Below, piece after piece: positions 14,741 through 28,761 of a stretch of DNA of 64,000 bases. The first letter of the stretch is position 1, and each line of letters begins with the position of its first letter. Made by a program: the position numbers and the translations under genes. The notes below the pieces were generated by a model, which was not told where the DNA came from, ran no database searches, and was given only the letters and a program-made list of their open reading frames with translations. The stretch lies in assembly GCF_009914755.1 (NCBI RefSeq), contig NC_060942.1. One strand, written 5' to 3'. The stretch comes from the human T2T-CHM13v2.0 reference genome, Homo sapiens.

Positions 14741-14984
14741 TTGTAATATTTACTTAATAGTTTAAATTGAAAACAACTTAAATTTATTAAAATAATGTTG
14801 ATTTTGTTGACGAAATAAATTAATTGTCATCCCACAATGGAGTACTATAAAATTGTTAAAAATATAGAAATATATATACAGAAAAATTCAACATTTGTTG
14901 ACAAATTTTATAAAAAGTCATACAAAATTTTAGTATAATTCCATTTTTGGAAAATACGGCTTTATATATTTAAATCTCCAGTAT

Positions 14985-15735
14985 ACTTTTTTAATATTTA
15001 TTTTTAAGTGACAAATAACAATTATACATATTTATGCTGGACTATGATGTTTTGTTACACGTACACATTGTGGAATGATAAAAATCAGGCTAATTAACAT
15101 ATCCTTCACCTCAAATACTTACAATTTAACTGTGGTAAGAATATTTACAATTCAATCTTGTAACTGTTTTGAGCTATACAATACATTATCATTAACTATA
15201 GTCACCATGCTGTGCAATAGATCACCAAAATCTATTCCTCCTGTATAACTTAAAGTTTGCATCCTTTGGCCAACATCTCCCATTTCCCCACCCACCCCTG
15301 ATAACTGTCACTCCACTGTCTACTTGTATGAGTGACTATTTCAGTTTCTATGTAGGAGATCATGTGGTATTTGTGTCTCTATGCCTAGCTGATTTCACTT
15401 AGCATAATGTCCTCTTGGATCACCCATGTTATTGCAAATAACAGAATTTTCTGCCTTTTTAAGGCTCACTAGTATCCCATTTGTATCCATACCACATTTT
15501 AAAAATCAATTCATCTGTTGATGCCACTTGCCACAATATCTTGGCCGTTGTGAAGAATACTGCAATGAACAAAGGAGATAAGATATTTTGTTGACAGACT
15601 AAATTCAATTCCTTTGGATACATACCCAGAGGTAAAATTCCTGGATCACATAACAATTCTATTTTTATTTTTTGAGGAACCTACATATTGTTTTCCAAAA
15701 TCGTTATACTAGTTTACCTAAGTGCAAACAGTGTT
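14985..15735 (-). mobile_element. L1MA (MA8-10-like) 3' end
   Basis: aactatagtcaccatgctgtgcaatagatc; ggatacatacccagagg. Confidence 0.9.
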
Positions 15736-16286
15736 TTTATTTTGGAGTTTATTCTGCAAAATAATAACAATTGTTATTAAAGCAAGGATATATTTCTTAT
15801 TTATTATATGATCAAGTATTACTAACAGTAAAGGGTAATTAAAAGCAAAATACTATTTTATTTGAGTGATTACAGTCTGGTGAGTCTTTTGTAATATGTT
15901 GAATTTTATACCATCATAAGAGTATAGTATTTATTCCAGTGCTTTCTAAAATGAGGGTAAATTGCCTGAAATTATTATATAAATTAAATAATACAATGAT
16001 AAAGTTAATTTATATAGAATTATATTTTCTTAATACCTATCCATTAAAAACTGTTGAGAATTTCTCATATGTTAAATTTCCTTCTCCACAATCACATCTT
16101 CCACTGTGATTATGAACCCCATTCTTTTAGTTCTACAAGTTTTTATATGAATGGTCTACCAGTCAAAGGCACCTTCCTTAATTCAGACTATGGTATCTTC
16201 CCTAAATATTCATGTAATCTTTGAGTTTGACTTTGTGATTTAGAAAATTAAGATTTCAGTGTTGTGCCTACTACATTCTCTCTAGT

Positions 16287-16500
16287 TTTTAAAATTTGTA
16301 TAAATTTACGGAGTCCAAATGCAGTTCTGTTACATGAAAATATTACATAGCAGTGAAGCCTGGGCTTTCAGTGTAATCATCACCCAAGCGGTGTACATTA
16401 TACCCATTAAGGAATTTCTCATCCCTCTCCCCACTCCCACCCTCAGACTCTTCCCAGTCTCTAATGACTATTATTTCACACTTTATGTCCATTACTACAT
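16287..16500 (-). mobile_element. L1PB/L1MA1-like 3' fragment
   Basis: gcagttctgttacatg...catagcagtgaagcctgggctttcagtgtaatcatcacc. Confidence 0.8.
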
Positions 16501-16621
16501 TCCCTTCTGACCCTTAGGGAAAGGTCAGGCCTGTCCCTTAGCTTCCAGAGCAAGAGTGTCAAGGCACACCTAGCTATATATATATATTGACTGTCACAGT
16601 TCTACTTAAGTTACATATAGG

Positions 16622-16888
16622 TTTTTTTTAAAAATTATACTTTAAGTTCTAGGGTACATGTGCGCAAGGTGCAGGTTTGTTACATAGGTATACATGTGCC
16701 ATGTTGGTGTGCTGCACCCATTAACTCGTCATTTACATTAGGTATATCTCCTAATGCTATCCCTCCCCACTCCCCCCACCCCACAACAGTCCCCAGAGTG
16801 TGATGTTCCCCTTCCTGTGTCCAAGTGTTCTTATTGTTCATTTCCCACCTATGAGTGAGAACATGCGGTGTTTGGTTTTTTTGTTCTT
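16622..16888 (-). mobile_element. L1PA (PA4-6-like) 3' end, 5'-truncated
   Basis: attatactttaagttctagggtacatgtgc...cccacctatgagtgagaacatgcggtg. Confidence 0.95.
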
Positions 16889-17007
16889 AATATTCCATCT
16901 CCAGTACTGATGGAGAACTCAAGAATGAAGACTGGTGAAAGTATTAGATGATCTGGGAGCATAAGGCGAAACCTGTTCCTACCACAATGCTCTATGAAGA
17001 GTTACTC

Positions 17008-17315
17008 TTTTTTTTTTTTTTCTTTTGAGATGGAGTCTCACTCTGTCACCCGGGCTGGACTGCAGTGGCATGATCTTGCTCACTGCAACCTCTGCCTCCA
17101 GGGTTCAAGGGTTCAAGCAATTCTCCTGTCTCAGCCTCCCGAATAGCTGGGATCACTGGCGCCCACCACCATGCTCGGCTAATTTTTGTATTTTTAGTAG
17201 AGATGGGGTTTCACCATGTTGGCCAGACTGGTCTCGAACTCCTTACCTCAGGTAATCTGCCCACCTCGGCCTCCCAAAGTGCTGGGATTGCAGGCGTGAG
17301 CCACCACGCCCGGCC
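17008..17315 (-). mobile_element. AluSx-like
   Basis: full dimer, internal gggttcaa duplication, no TSD seen. Confidence 0.95.
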
Positions 17316-17329
17316 AAAGCCCTTTTGTC

Positions 17330-20300
17330 TACCCTTTTGGATCTCAATCCCCTCCTAAATATATCCTTATATTGAAATGCTATCCTGTATCTGTTATTTT
17401 TCATTCTTGTGTGTATTTTGAAACTGTCATAATCCATAATATTGTTTTGTATATTTTAAAACTTTATGTAATTGTCATTAAATCATTCAGAAGCTAGGTT
17501 TTATTTTCCTCAACACTGTGCTTTGATATTTATTAATGTTGACAATTATAGCTCTGGTTCCTTTACTTCATTTCATAACATTGAATGAAACACATATAAA
17601 ATGTATTCATTGTCCAGCATATGGACATTTTACTAATTTTCAGTGTTTTGTTATTTTACATTATATTGCAACAAATACTTTTGTATACGTGGACATACTT
17701 TTGTGTATTTGTATTTCGTATATCTCTGCATATATACATGGAAAATGTACCTATCTCCAAAATTACCAGATGTAAGGAGATGTCTTTTGAGAGTGAATGT
17801 AGAGTGAGTGTAGCAATCAATTTGTTTCAATGTTCCCATTTCTTTACATCCTGCAAGTACTATAATAGTTATAGTGAAACCTTTAAATGTTTGCTAATCA
17901 AGTAGGTGGAAAATGTGATCTTATTTTAATTTGTTTTCATTGACTACTAGCGAGGTAGAACACATATTCATATTGCGAATGAATGTACCTTAAGGTTTCC
18001 TCTTCTGAAATTGCCTACTAATTTTTTCCCTTTTTAATTTTTTGAGGGAGGTCTTCTTTTATAGATTTGTAGGCATTATAAAAAAATATCCTGGACATTA
18101 GTTCTGTTTTGGTTAAATGTGCTATAAATATCTTCTTGTGACCTGATACTTGTCTTTTCTCTATGTTTATAGTCCTTTACATTTTGCTACACAGAAGACA
18201 CATTTTTATACCTTTTTGTTCCTGTATTTTGCTAAAGAAAACCTTCCTTACCCTAATATTTCTCTAAAAGATTGAACATTTTGCTTTTCCCATTTTGGAC
18301 TGTGAGTCACTGAAATTAGTTTGACTCTCTTCTCTTCCATTGTCCTATTTTTCTATTCTACCCCCTAACTCATCTCCTCAATTACACAGCAGCAGTCAAC
18401 CTCTTTCTTCATGGCTATCCCAGCTCCTGTAATCCCTTCTCCATATCCCCTTGTTCTTCTCCTTCTGAAACCAATCTTCCCAAGTTTTAGTAAAAATATA
18501 ACCCTTCATTTTCCCATCTCCCCCATGGCTAGAACATACATGTGTCCTGCAGGTAACACCATCACATACACTCACGGGAGACTTCAACTGAGTCACTTGA
18601 GGAAGTGGAATTGGTTTGATGTGCCCACCCCGTGGTGTGGATCCCTTGGAGGCAGGGGCTGCAGCTTCCTGACTGGGACTGCTTGGTGGCTTGCTTCCGT
18701 GGTCAGAGGTGGAAAACTCTGTCATCCTGACAGCCAAAGCTCCTTTCTCAGACCAGTTCTGTGGTTAGGAAGTGGGTCCTGGAAACCTGACCCTGAGGCT
18801 TTCTCAAGATACCAGTGATTCTGGTAGTTAACATATCCATAAAGAAAGCTCTTTCTACTTATACCAATATAAACTGTGTTTTGAGTAACTAAGAACACTG
18901 TACAATAAGCAGCTTGCTAGTAAGACTTCATGTCTGTTTGGAAGATGCCACAGACCTTATTCTTTGTAATAGTCTTAACTCTTCCTGGCGCCCTGCTCTC
19001 TCATACATATTTTAGAATCTGCTTGCCAAGTTCTAACAAAAACTCTATTTTAATATTTATTTGATTCTTTTGAACTAATGACATGAGAGAAAAATGGACT
19101 TTTTAATATTGTGTCTTCATTTTCAAGAAATCAGTGAAACTTTGTTTAGACCTTTGTTACTGTTTTTCAATATATTTTATATTTTTTCTACATAGATTTT
19201 ATGAATGGTTTGTTAAATTTAATTTTAGGTGTCTTGATCACATTGGGGAGGTTGTAATTATTTAAAATTCCTGCATTTCTAAGGGATTTTCTTTGTGTAC
19301 AATTGAATACAAGTGACTATTCAATTGCAGCCCATACATGTTAGAGATCTACTAGCATATCATGTGGTTTTTCTTTATAATCCCTTATTTTGATGAATTT
19401 TACTTATAGATTTTCTGTTATTATATGAACATTACTTTCCTAGCATTAATCAGATAAGTTTATGATATAATATCATTTTTATAAATTGTTGAATTTGATT
19501 CCTAATTATTTCTTTAGAATTTTCTGTATATAAGTTAATCAGCGAAATTGATTTCTAATTTATTAACTTATTCCTGTTAATGCATTGGTCTGAGTTTAGC
19601 CTTAGGGTAATATTTGTCTCGTATAAGAGTAGGAAGAATTCCATTTTTCTATTCCTTGGAACAGTTTTTTAAGATTGAGTTTATTCCTGTAAAACCATCT
19701 AGGTTTCTCTGTTTTTCTCTCTCTCTCACTTCTGCTCTTGCTCTCTGCCTGTATATTTCAACCAGTAATTCAATTTTCATTATAGAACTTCAAGTTACCT
19801 GTTTGTAGTTTATTGAGTGTTGGGATATATTTGATATAGTTTGGTATATTTTTCTAGAAAATTAGTCTAATCATCTAACTTTTCAAAAATATTGGACAAA
19901 AGAAATTTTACTATTCCCCAAATATTTTTATATCTGCTCTATGTGTATGGATCCTTCACATTTCTTTGTTTCCTATCTTAAAATTCCTTGAAAAATCTTC
20001 TCTGAGGTTTGTGTATTTTATCCTAAATAACCAGAAAAATTCAGCATTTTAATGCTGCCTATTTTATCTTATTTTCTAATTTTTGTTCAGGTTCATTTTT
20101 ACCAATTTTTTCTCCATTTTCTTCTCTTAATTTTTTTCTTCCTAAAAGTCATATTTTGAATACTTAACAATTAATTTTCAGCATTTTTCTAACAAATCCT
20201 TTCTATAAGTAAAGGCTCAAAGATTTCCCTAAGAAGTCCTAGTTTAACTACATTTTATGTTTTGATAACCTTTTTATGATCTTTGCATTTGAAATATTAT

Positions 20301-21330
20301 ATAATCCCTTTAAGATTTCTTCTTTCATGGAAGAGACACATAGTTATTTAGAAACTTTATGTGTCAAATGTTTGTGTGTCTCAACTAACAAGTATATCTT
20401 CAGAATGTTGTTGATGTTTTGGTTAATTAGTCCTATTTCAGTAAACATTTTATTGAAATATAATATAGAGAAAATTGCCCAAATCATAAGGACATGGTTT
20501 TATTACTTTTCTTAAAGGAATTTTATTCTCTCATAGCTCCAATATTGTCTCTCCTGCTCCAAGACACAGAAAAGAACTGCTAGTTTTTTATATCCCAGTC
20601 CTGGACCTTTCCCTAAGCAAGGCTGAGATTCTTGGAATCTTGTGCTTTGCCCACATTTGACAAACATTCTAGGTTAAAGGTGAGAGGAGAACATCAGCTC
20701 ACCTCTCCATGGTTTTCTGTTCTTTAGAATCTTGGATCTGTTAGTGTTCATCTGCTATTTGAAGCTTTCAGTAGGTTTTCAGTTGTTCTTTGGTGAAGAG
20801 TTAATCACAGATAAGCTACTCCATCTTCCCTTAATCAGAAAATGTGTTTCTTATTGTATTAAATTTTTTATATTTTTATAAAACTTTCTTTAGGGCCACT
20901 GAGATGATTACAGTTTGTAACTCTTTATTTGAATTTAAAATGAGTGCATATTATCTACCTCTTAGGTACAAGATTCTAAAATATTAACTATATGAGTTTT
21001 AATTTTTTTTTCCAGAAAGGTGAGATTTTTGTCCTATGATTGAAAATCTTCATTTTTATCCCTTTTCAAGTTTTTCTTCAGACCATGCTATATTCATTGA
21101 TAGTTATTATATCTTCTTTGTGAGATTTTAAAAAAATATCTTAGTGACCTTTTATTTCTTAAAAATGATTTTTCCCATAAAGCTTGCATTATCTGATTTT
21201 AGTAAAGCTAAATCAACTACTTTTTCTGTATACCATTTTTTGTCATATTTTCACTCTTAGAATACGTTATGACTTAGGTATATCTCTTATTAACAGTATG
21301 TAACGAGACTGTGTTTTTGGTATTTTTCTT
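17330..21330 (-). mobile_element. fragmented old L1 (L1ME/L1M5-like)
   Basis: T-rich antisense L1 3'UTR/ORF2 motifs (ggacattttactaattttcag, tttagaatctgcttgccaagttc); interrupted by an LTR. Confidence 0.6.
18400..18904 (+). mobile_element. ERVL-class LTR (LTR33-like)
   Basis: ccagttctgtggttaggaagtgggtcctggaa...ctttctactt...aactaagaacactgtaca resembles the LTR33 3' half. Confidence 0.55.
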
Positions 21331-21449
21331 TATGGGTGAGGAAACACATTGGAAGATAGTCTGAGAGACCGCGAAAAGATTTGTATCTGGCTTTTAGTAT
21401 AAGCGTTTCCGTGGAGGCAGCATTTAGGTTGGACACGGAGAATAATCAT

Positions 21450-21625
21450 TAGCAAGGCTCAGCGCTGTGGCCACAGACCTGGTTCTGATGGTTTGGCCCT
21501 TGCTGCATCTTACCTGGGTGACCTTGGCCAAGTCCCTTTCCTTCTCTGGGCCTCAGTTTCTGTTCTGTAAATGGGAGCAGCAATGTCCACCTCACATTAG
21601 TGAAAAACTGTTCAAGATGTAATAT
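21450..21625 (+). mobile_element. MIR SINE
   Basis: gtgaccttggccaagtccctttccttctctgggcctcagtttc core. Confidence 0.85.
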
Positions 21626-21641
21626 GGTCTCTAGTTAATAA

Positions 21642-22274
21642 TGATAGGGACAGGAGGCAGGGAAATTCTAGGCAGAAGAGGGCAGGTCCTTGGCGAGGGC
21701 CCCAACCCCAAGCTCAAAAGCCTGATATCATGGCCCAAAGTAAGAATATACATCCCTGTTTTTCCGCTGGAATGTTGCCTTTTCCAAAACCAACCATGGC
21801 CCACCCCGCCCCCGGTCCTGTGCCCACAAGATTACCTTCCCACTCCCTCCCCTTTTCAGCTCCCCTTCCCACTGAGAGCCACTTTCACCAGCAATAAAAT
21901 CCCCCTCATTTGCTATCTTCAATTCATTCATGCAACCTCATTTCTCCTGGACACCATATGAGAACTCGGGTGACATGTGTATGGGTGCAAAAGGCTGTCA
22001 TACTGACCCTCCACTGAGCTGTTAGCACTCCATGGACAGCAAAGCTAAAGGGGCACTGTAACATTTCCTTTGGGCCTTCAGAAGTCATGGGCTCCCTCCC
22101 CTAGATGCTGCCATAGGGCTGGTATAGAGTTCGCTCTTGCTGGTGCCCAAAAGTGCTTACCCCAGCTCCTGCACCCACTCACCTGTGCTCCTTCTCCTGC
22201 GAGGGTAGGAGCAGCGAATGAGTGGCATTCGCCCCTTCCTGCCCGCAAAAAGTTCAGGGAAATATCCTGCTTCA
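21642..22274 (+). mobile_element. ERV1 solo LTR (LTR27/LTR28/LTR1 group)
   Basis: tgatagggacaggaggcagggaaattct...tcctgcttca; exact 4-bp TSD ataa. Confidence 0.88.
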
Positions 22275-22429
22275 ATAATATTTATGTTGATTTCCAGATT
22301 TTGATCATTACGGTATGGTTAAATAAAAATTCTTCAAACAATTTTTACAACTTTTCTGTAAGCCAAGAAATAGTTCAAAGTCTAAAAATTAAAGAGTATA
22401 AGAACTTTGTCCAAATGCAAATGTCCCAG

Positions 22430-23100
22430 AGAAAGGGAAGAGTGCCCAGTTCTTGATGTACTTTGTTATTCCTATTTTACAAATAAGATTTAAAGCTAAA
22501 AATGTATTCCTGACTTTCTAATTTCTTGAGTTTTTTAAAAAATAAATGAGTGTTGAATTTTGTCAAGGATTTTCTCAGGAGTATTAAGATAATTGATAAT
22601 AATATTATGTATTTACTTAGATTTATTAACATGGTATGTGGTATTAATAGCTTGATTTCTGAGCAGTGAACCAACCTCCAATTCCTAGAATAAGTCTCAG
22701 TTCATCATGGCATATTACTTTCCTAATGGAAATCATTTTCCTAGTGGATTCTGCTTGCCAGTATTTTTTATTTTTGAATTTTTGCATCAATATTCATCAG
22801 CACATTGGTCTATAATTTCCTTTGTACAGTTGATATTTGCTTGTACTATCTTTGTTTTTATCAGTGTTATATTTCATGAAAGAAATTAGAAAGTTTCCCA
22901 TCCTTTTCAATATAGAGAAATAGTTTACAGAGTATTACAAATATGTGTTCTTTCAAAGTTTAATAGAATTCCCTTATAAAGTCAACTGGGTTTGGTGATT
23001 ATTGTGGGAATAGCTCCTTGATAAATTTTTCTGTTTCTTCTGTGAAATTGATTGATTCATGTTTCAAACTTTGTTGATTTTTTTTCCCTCATGTTCCTTT
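22430..23100 (-). mobile_element. old L1 ORF2 fragment
   Basis: tgttgaattttgtcaag...gaaccaacctccaattcctagaataagtc. Confidence 0.75.
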
Positions 23101-26100
23101 AACCTTTACTGTTTATGCTTATTTTAATCTTGAGGTTATCTGCGAGAATTCTTTGACAGCTAAGTTGTGGCTGTATCCCAAACGTAGTATTGCTTTTGGG
23201 TCTGCCATGAACAAAAGGGTTATTACCCAGGTTATCACTTTAATGTAATTTTTTTGTGGATTTTATATTAATTTTAGTGTGTTTTATTATAATACATGTA
23301 AAGACTAGTTTTAAAAGTTATGCCTTATTCAGTTCCAATAACTTGCCTGGTTGTAACAAAAGGTCCCATCTCCCTTTCTTGTGGTCATTAAAACCCAAGA
23401 TCTATGATAACTGAGTCTAGCTAGCACCCCCACCGCCACCTGATATTCACCCACCTGGGGAGCACCAGCATCCATTCAGACTTATTCCCATTACTTTGGT
23501 TTTTGTTCTCGTTCTTTTGTTTTTCTTTAATTTTCATGTGAGTTCCTTATTATACTTGATCAATCTATTTTACTGTAGAAGGATGTCTGCCATATTATTA
23601 GAAAATCTCATTCTTTATTCTTCCAAAGCAAGGTACATCAATTATCACCTTGCAATAAAAATTTTAGGTTTCATAAGCTGTATTTGACTGCAACTATGGA
23701 AATAACATAATTTTGCTTTTTTAATGTTATCCTGAACCAGAATCAGTATAAACTTGTTTTATAAAATGTATTTTATGGAGAGCATTTATTTCAAAAGTGA
23801 GTGACTATATCATATTTGGAAACATATTTTTAATATATAATGAACTGAAGTGCATATATTCAAATTATTAAAGTACTTTTTATTATTATTAATCATTCTT
23901 GTTAAATAGAATATAATAATGTTGATGCAGATTTTTGTTTTTATGAAAATTGTAACACATGTTACAATTTTATATAACACATTAGCTAATTTTATATAAT
24001 TTTTTAAAATTCAGGATGTATTTTTGTTTACTGATTATTTTATATCTAGATATAAAAAGAGAATTATTTCATAATATCATGACAATTATTAATTTAGGGG
24101 AGTAGGCAAATATTGATTTAACAAAATATTTTACAATCAAAATGCAAAATATTTTTAGAGTATAGAGCTTTTCCTAAGGAACCCAGTATTCTTGGGGGTC
24201 TTAAAACAATATCAAAATCACAAGTTAATTGAGTATTCATAATGTTTTGCAAATATTTTTATAGATATCTTGGGATGAGTGGGTTTCTATAGAGCAAAAA
24301 ACTTTATTGAGAAAATTTTTGTGTATCTTTTTCAAAGACAATTACGTATTTTACATTAAATAACTCCCGTCTGTTCATTTCTAGCTAATTATATCAGTGA
24401 TTCTTTCAAAAACTGGAAGTACCATTCCTACAACTCTCACCAGCAAATAATTAGAAGTTAGATGCATCATGTTAAACATATATTTTCTTTCTGATGCTAT
24501 AGTCAGTTGGTCATTATCTCAGTAACTTTTTTTTCTTTTTATAGACAAATTATATATTTGTCACAAATGTTTCCATTTTTTCCCCCAATTGTAGGTGATA
24601 TATGGATATTTGTCAGTCTTTTTGCCTATAAATTATGTATGGATGTAATGAACGTAGATATATTGGTTGACTGGTAGATATTTTAGGTAAAGCTACATAC
24701 TCTTCTTGACTTTAAGCTAAGTAACATATTACTTGGAAAATGTCTGGAAGAATTGAGCAAATGGCAAAAATTAATCTGTTTAGCCTTAAATGATAGCTGT
24801 AATGCTCATTTTTAGTTTATCGAAGTATTCATTTTAGTTGATAAGCCAATTTAAATCCACTTGGTTAACTGTAACAGAAAGGCAATCTTCAAATACATCA
24901 AGCATGGTCTTTAAATAAGGTAAGATACAAAGAACTATAAATAGATTGGAAAGTAATATTAATGCTGAGTATAGCACTATGGATAAAAAATGTTAAGTGT
25001 CAGTTCAACCTTTACAAATGCTTTGCTACAGTGCCTCTGATATATACCTATAATAATGGTTATACAGCAGAGTTTCCGATATAATTATGTTGGTTTTATT
25101 AGAAAATGAATTGATTCTGAATTCATTAATTTATAAACATTGAAATATAATAAGAATGAGTTCTCCATTTAATTGCACAGCCAATAATAATAACTGATAG
25201 GCACTTTGCATTTAAACAATCTAAATGATGCTTTTTAAACAGGGAGAGAAGTGGACTCAGTGGAGTACTTCTTTAGATACTAACCTTTTTTTATAACAAA
25301 GTGGTGTGAGAAAATAGGCAATAATTCAGTGTTCATATACATTTTAAAAGTTTTTTAACTGCAGTCACTTTTAAAATTGCAGCTATCTTGCAGCATAATA
25401 TTAAATTTTACACAGTTGCTAAAGATAAATGATTTTTCCTGATCAAATTATATGAGGATGAATAATTTTATACTATATAATTGGTAAGCTGGATAATTCA
25501 GTAAGTCCATTTGCTATGGTTGACTTCTTTTCACAAGTAGAATTTCTACAATGAGGAAGACAGTTTTGTCAAAACAGCTGTCAAATAGCAACAGCATTAA
25601 AAACATCAGTGAATTAATTAAACATTTTCTGACTGTAAAACATGCTACATACAGGAAAACGAAAGTAGTTTGACAACATTTGTAATGTTTTCATAAAGGA
25701 TAATAGGAAACAAAATAAATATGGTCATTTCATGCAAATAGAAGCTACCTTGCAATGAAAACATCTTGTTAGAAGTTTTCTTCATATTTTCAGCAAATAA
25801 AAGTTTTTCATTCATTCTTACCAAAAGTATCCAAATGCTATTGTCAAAAACAGTTACATGCAAATTAAGCTATTAAGAGTATTTTGTCCAAGCTACCTAT
25901 TCTCCATTTCCTATTTTCCTATTTCCTTTTTACAAACATACAAAAATAAGTTTTCCCAAAAATATACCCAAGAAATGCATTTATTATAGACTTTTTTTTA
26001 CCTATTTGCAAAATTAATTATAGATGTACATATGTATATAGAATATTTATGCTTATTAGATAATTACATATACTGATATGTTGATTTATACTTGCCAATC

Positions 26101-26143
26101 ATCGACACTTTGTGGATGATTGCTTATTTGTCCTCTTTCTTAA

Positions 26144-26492
<349 letters not shown>

Positions 26493-26799
26493 TATTTTCT
26501 TAATTTTTAATGGATACTCCTCAGGGTTATGTCCCATAGCGACGTAATCTGCATGTTTTGCAAATATCTTAGGCTATTCTTACTAATTTTTAGGATTTTT
26601 TTTGCTTGTAAATACATTGAATCATTTTATATTCTAAGTTTGGAGATAGGCAATGGCAATCTCTAGGTCTTTGGGCTAAATACATATTATTCATCGGATT
26701 TGGGTTTTTTTTTTGTTGGGGTTCACGGTGGGATGGTCACTCCATGCCATGTATGTGTTTAAAAATTCTAGCCTATGAAGATAACTGAAAATACTCTAA

Positions 26800-27030
26800 T
26801 TTGAATTTCCCCATTTGGTAGACTAAACTATCATTCAGCAAATTTTCTTCCCCCAGGACTCCCCAAATACGGTAATGAGACAGGCATAAGGTCACAGTTA
26901 TGGAGATCTGTGTGAGGGAGAATGGAAGGTAAAGGGTCACTGGTCCATAACAATTTGTAAATCCAACAGGACAAATGCTGGATTTTTCTTGAATAGGTTT
27001 CAATGCCTGGAAATAATCTTCTGTGATTTT
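26800..27030 (-). mobile_element. MaLR internal (MLT1-int-like) fragment
   Basis: gtcactggtcc...aatccaacagg...ttcaatgcctggaaataatc. Confidence 0.55.
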
Positions 27031-27809
27031 GGCTCTACCCTCTGGTTTCTTGGTTTCTCCCTCTGAGTCAACCTCTTTTCATGAGAGGCAGCACATGTTT
27101 GCAGGTGAGCAGTTTGTCAGCCTGCTTACTACCCATAGAGCCTCAGGGTTCCAACACCCTCCTTTACTTTGTACTCTCTCTCTCCCTTTCAGTTCAAGAT
27201 GGCCACGCCTTTGCCACAACTATTTTCTCGAGAAACTTTGTGGATTTCTCTCCATTATACATAATCTACACTTAGAAATCTCTTTGAGATGATCTCTATT
27301 TCTGGCTCCCGCTGAGATTGCTGATGAACAATGTCCTTATGCATCTTAGAGGATCTCTGGTTTGGTTGAAAAGGTTTTAATGACCTTTGAACATCACCTG
27401 AGGGTCTCATATTAATAGTTTTTTGCACGTGATTTCTTCTAGGTATATTTCTGGAAAACAAATTAAGATGTATAGCATTGGAAAGTATGCGTGGTTATGT
27501 GCTTTTAATGTTTTTAAATTTTTAGATAATAGTTCAGTTTTTACTTTATAAAAATTGTATATCCAATAGAAACACTATTTTTTGTTAAAATGAATAATGA
27601 AATTTACATATTAATTGTGCCTTATTCATTTGTGAATTCTAAGAAATCACCACCATACATAATATAAGGCAGAAACCCAGAAGGTATTAACATCTTCAAG
27701 GTATAGTGAAATGAGTCAGATGGAAAATGGACCAACCTACTGTTAGATCAGGAATGAGATACAACATTCTCTGGAAAGCCTTACCTTGTGCTAGATGCTC
27801 AAGTTGAAA

Positions 27810-28000
27810 GACAGCTCCACAACTTGCTAGCTGGATGACTGTTAACTATGATGTGCCTCTATTTTTTTTTTAATTTTAAAAATGAGGATGGTAATAGTTT
27901 ATATCTCATTTCTGGGGCAGATCAAATGAATTAATTTATGAAAACTGTTTAGAGTAATTCCAAATACAGATGAAGCACTATGTAAATGTGAACAATGGCT
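27810..28000 (+). mobile_element. MIR SINE
   Basis: cttgctagctggatgac...aaaatgaggatggtaatag...aaatgaattaat. Confidence 0.7.
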
Positions 28001-28644
28001 GTGGGCACTGCCAGTTCCAAGTACGGAGGGAACACTACCCATCTAACATTAAGTTGCTACGAACAAAACCGAAAGATTTTCTCATAGCAGTAAATTCCTT
28101 CTTGCTGACGTTGTTCTCTCAAACTCTATTCTGCTAATTAGAGGCAAGAAAAGCTCTAATTCATTTTTTAAAATTACAGTCAATTTATTTTTTTTTCTTT
28201 TTACTTCTAATCTTAGACTGAAGTATCTGTCGGAACCACACAATCTCCTACAGCAACAGTCTTCAAACTGGCAACACAGGAAGTCTTTAAGGAAATTAAT
28301 TTCCAGGTCGTTGACTTCCATATGTTCTGTTCCCTAAACGCTATCTGCCATTTGAATATGCCTGAGGTCCCCTAATTCTTCCTTTTGCCCTCTCTCTTAA
28401 TTAACTGGATTTGTCCCACTTTATAAAAGAAAAGTGCAGCTCTTTCCCCTTCTGAATTCTACATTGTCGTGGGAAATAGAAATCCTGCAGGCACCAACAA
28501 AAGATAGTATGAGAAAACTTTCCTCTGGAGTTCAAGTCTTGAAAACAAAGCAAGTCTTGAGGGCATTTTTTGGCAGCAAGACAAGAATCTTTATAGAGGG
28601 TAGCACACATCTCTCCAGACCACACATTTTGAGAAAGAGTCAAC

Positions 28645-28730
28645 TCTCCCTATCTCTGTGTATGTGTGTATGTGTCTCTCTCTCTCTGTCTGTGTCTCTC
28701 TCTCTCTCATCTTTCTTCTCTCTTCTGTGT
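28645..28730. repeat. mixed (CT)/(GT) microsatellite
   Basis: interrupted dinucleotide runs. Confidence 0.85.
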
Positions 28731-28761
28731 AAATATCCAAGAGGTAGTTAATAATAAAGTG

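Noticed and set aside
25242-25296. Possible exon after ctttttaaacag (GEKWTQWSTSLDTN...)
   Set aside because: Weak pyrimidine tract, early stop and no recognised homology
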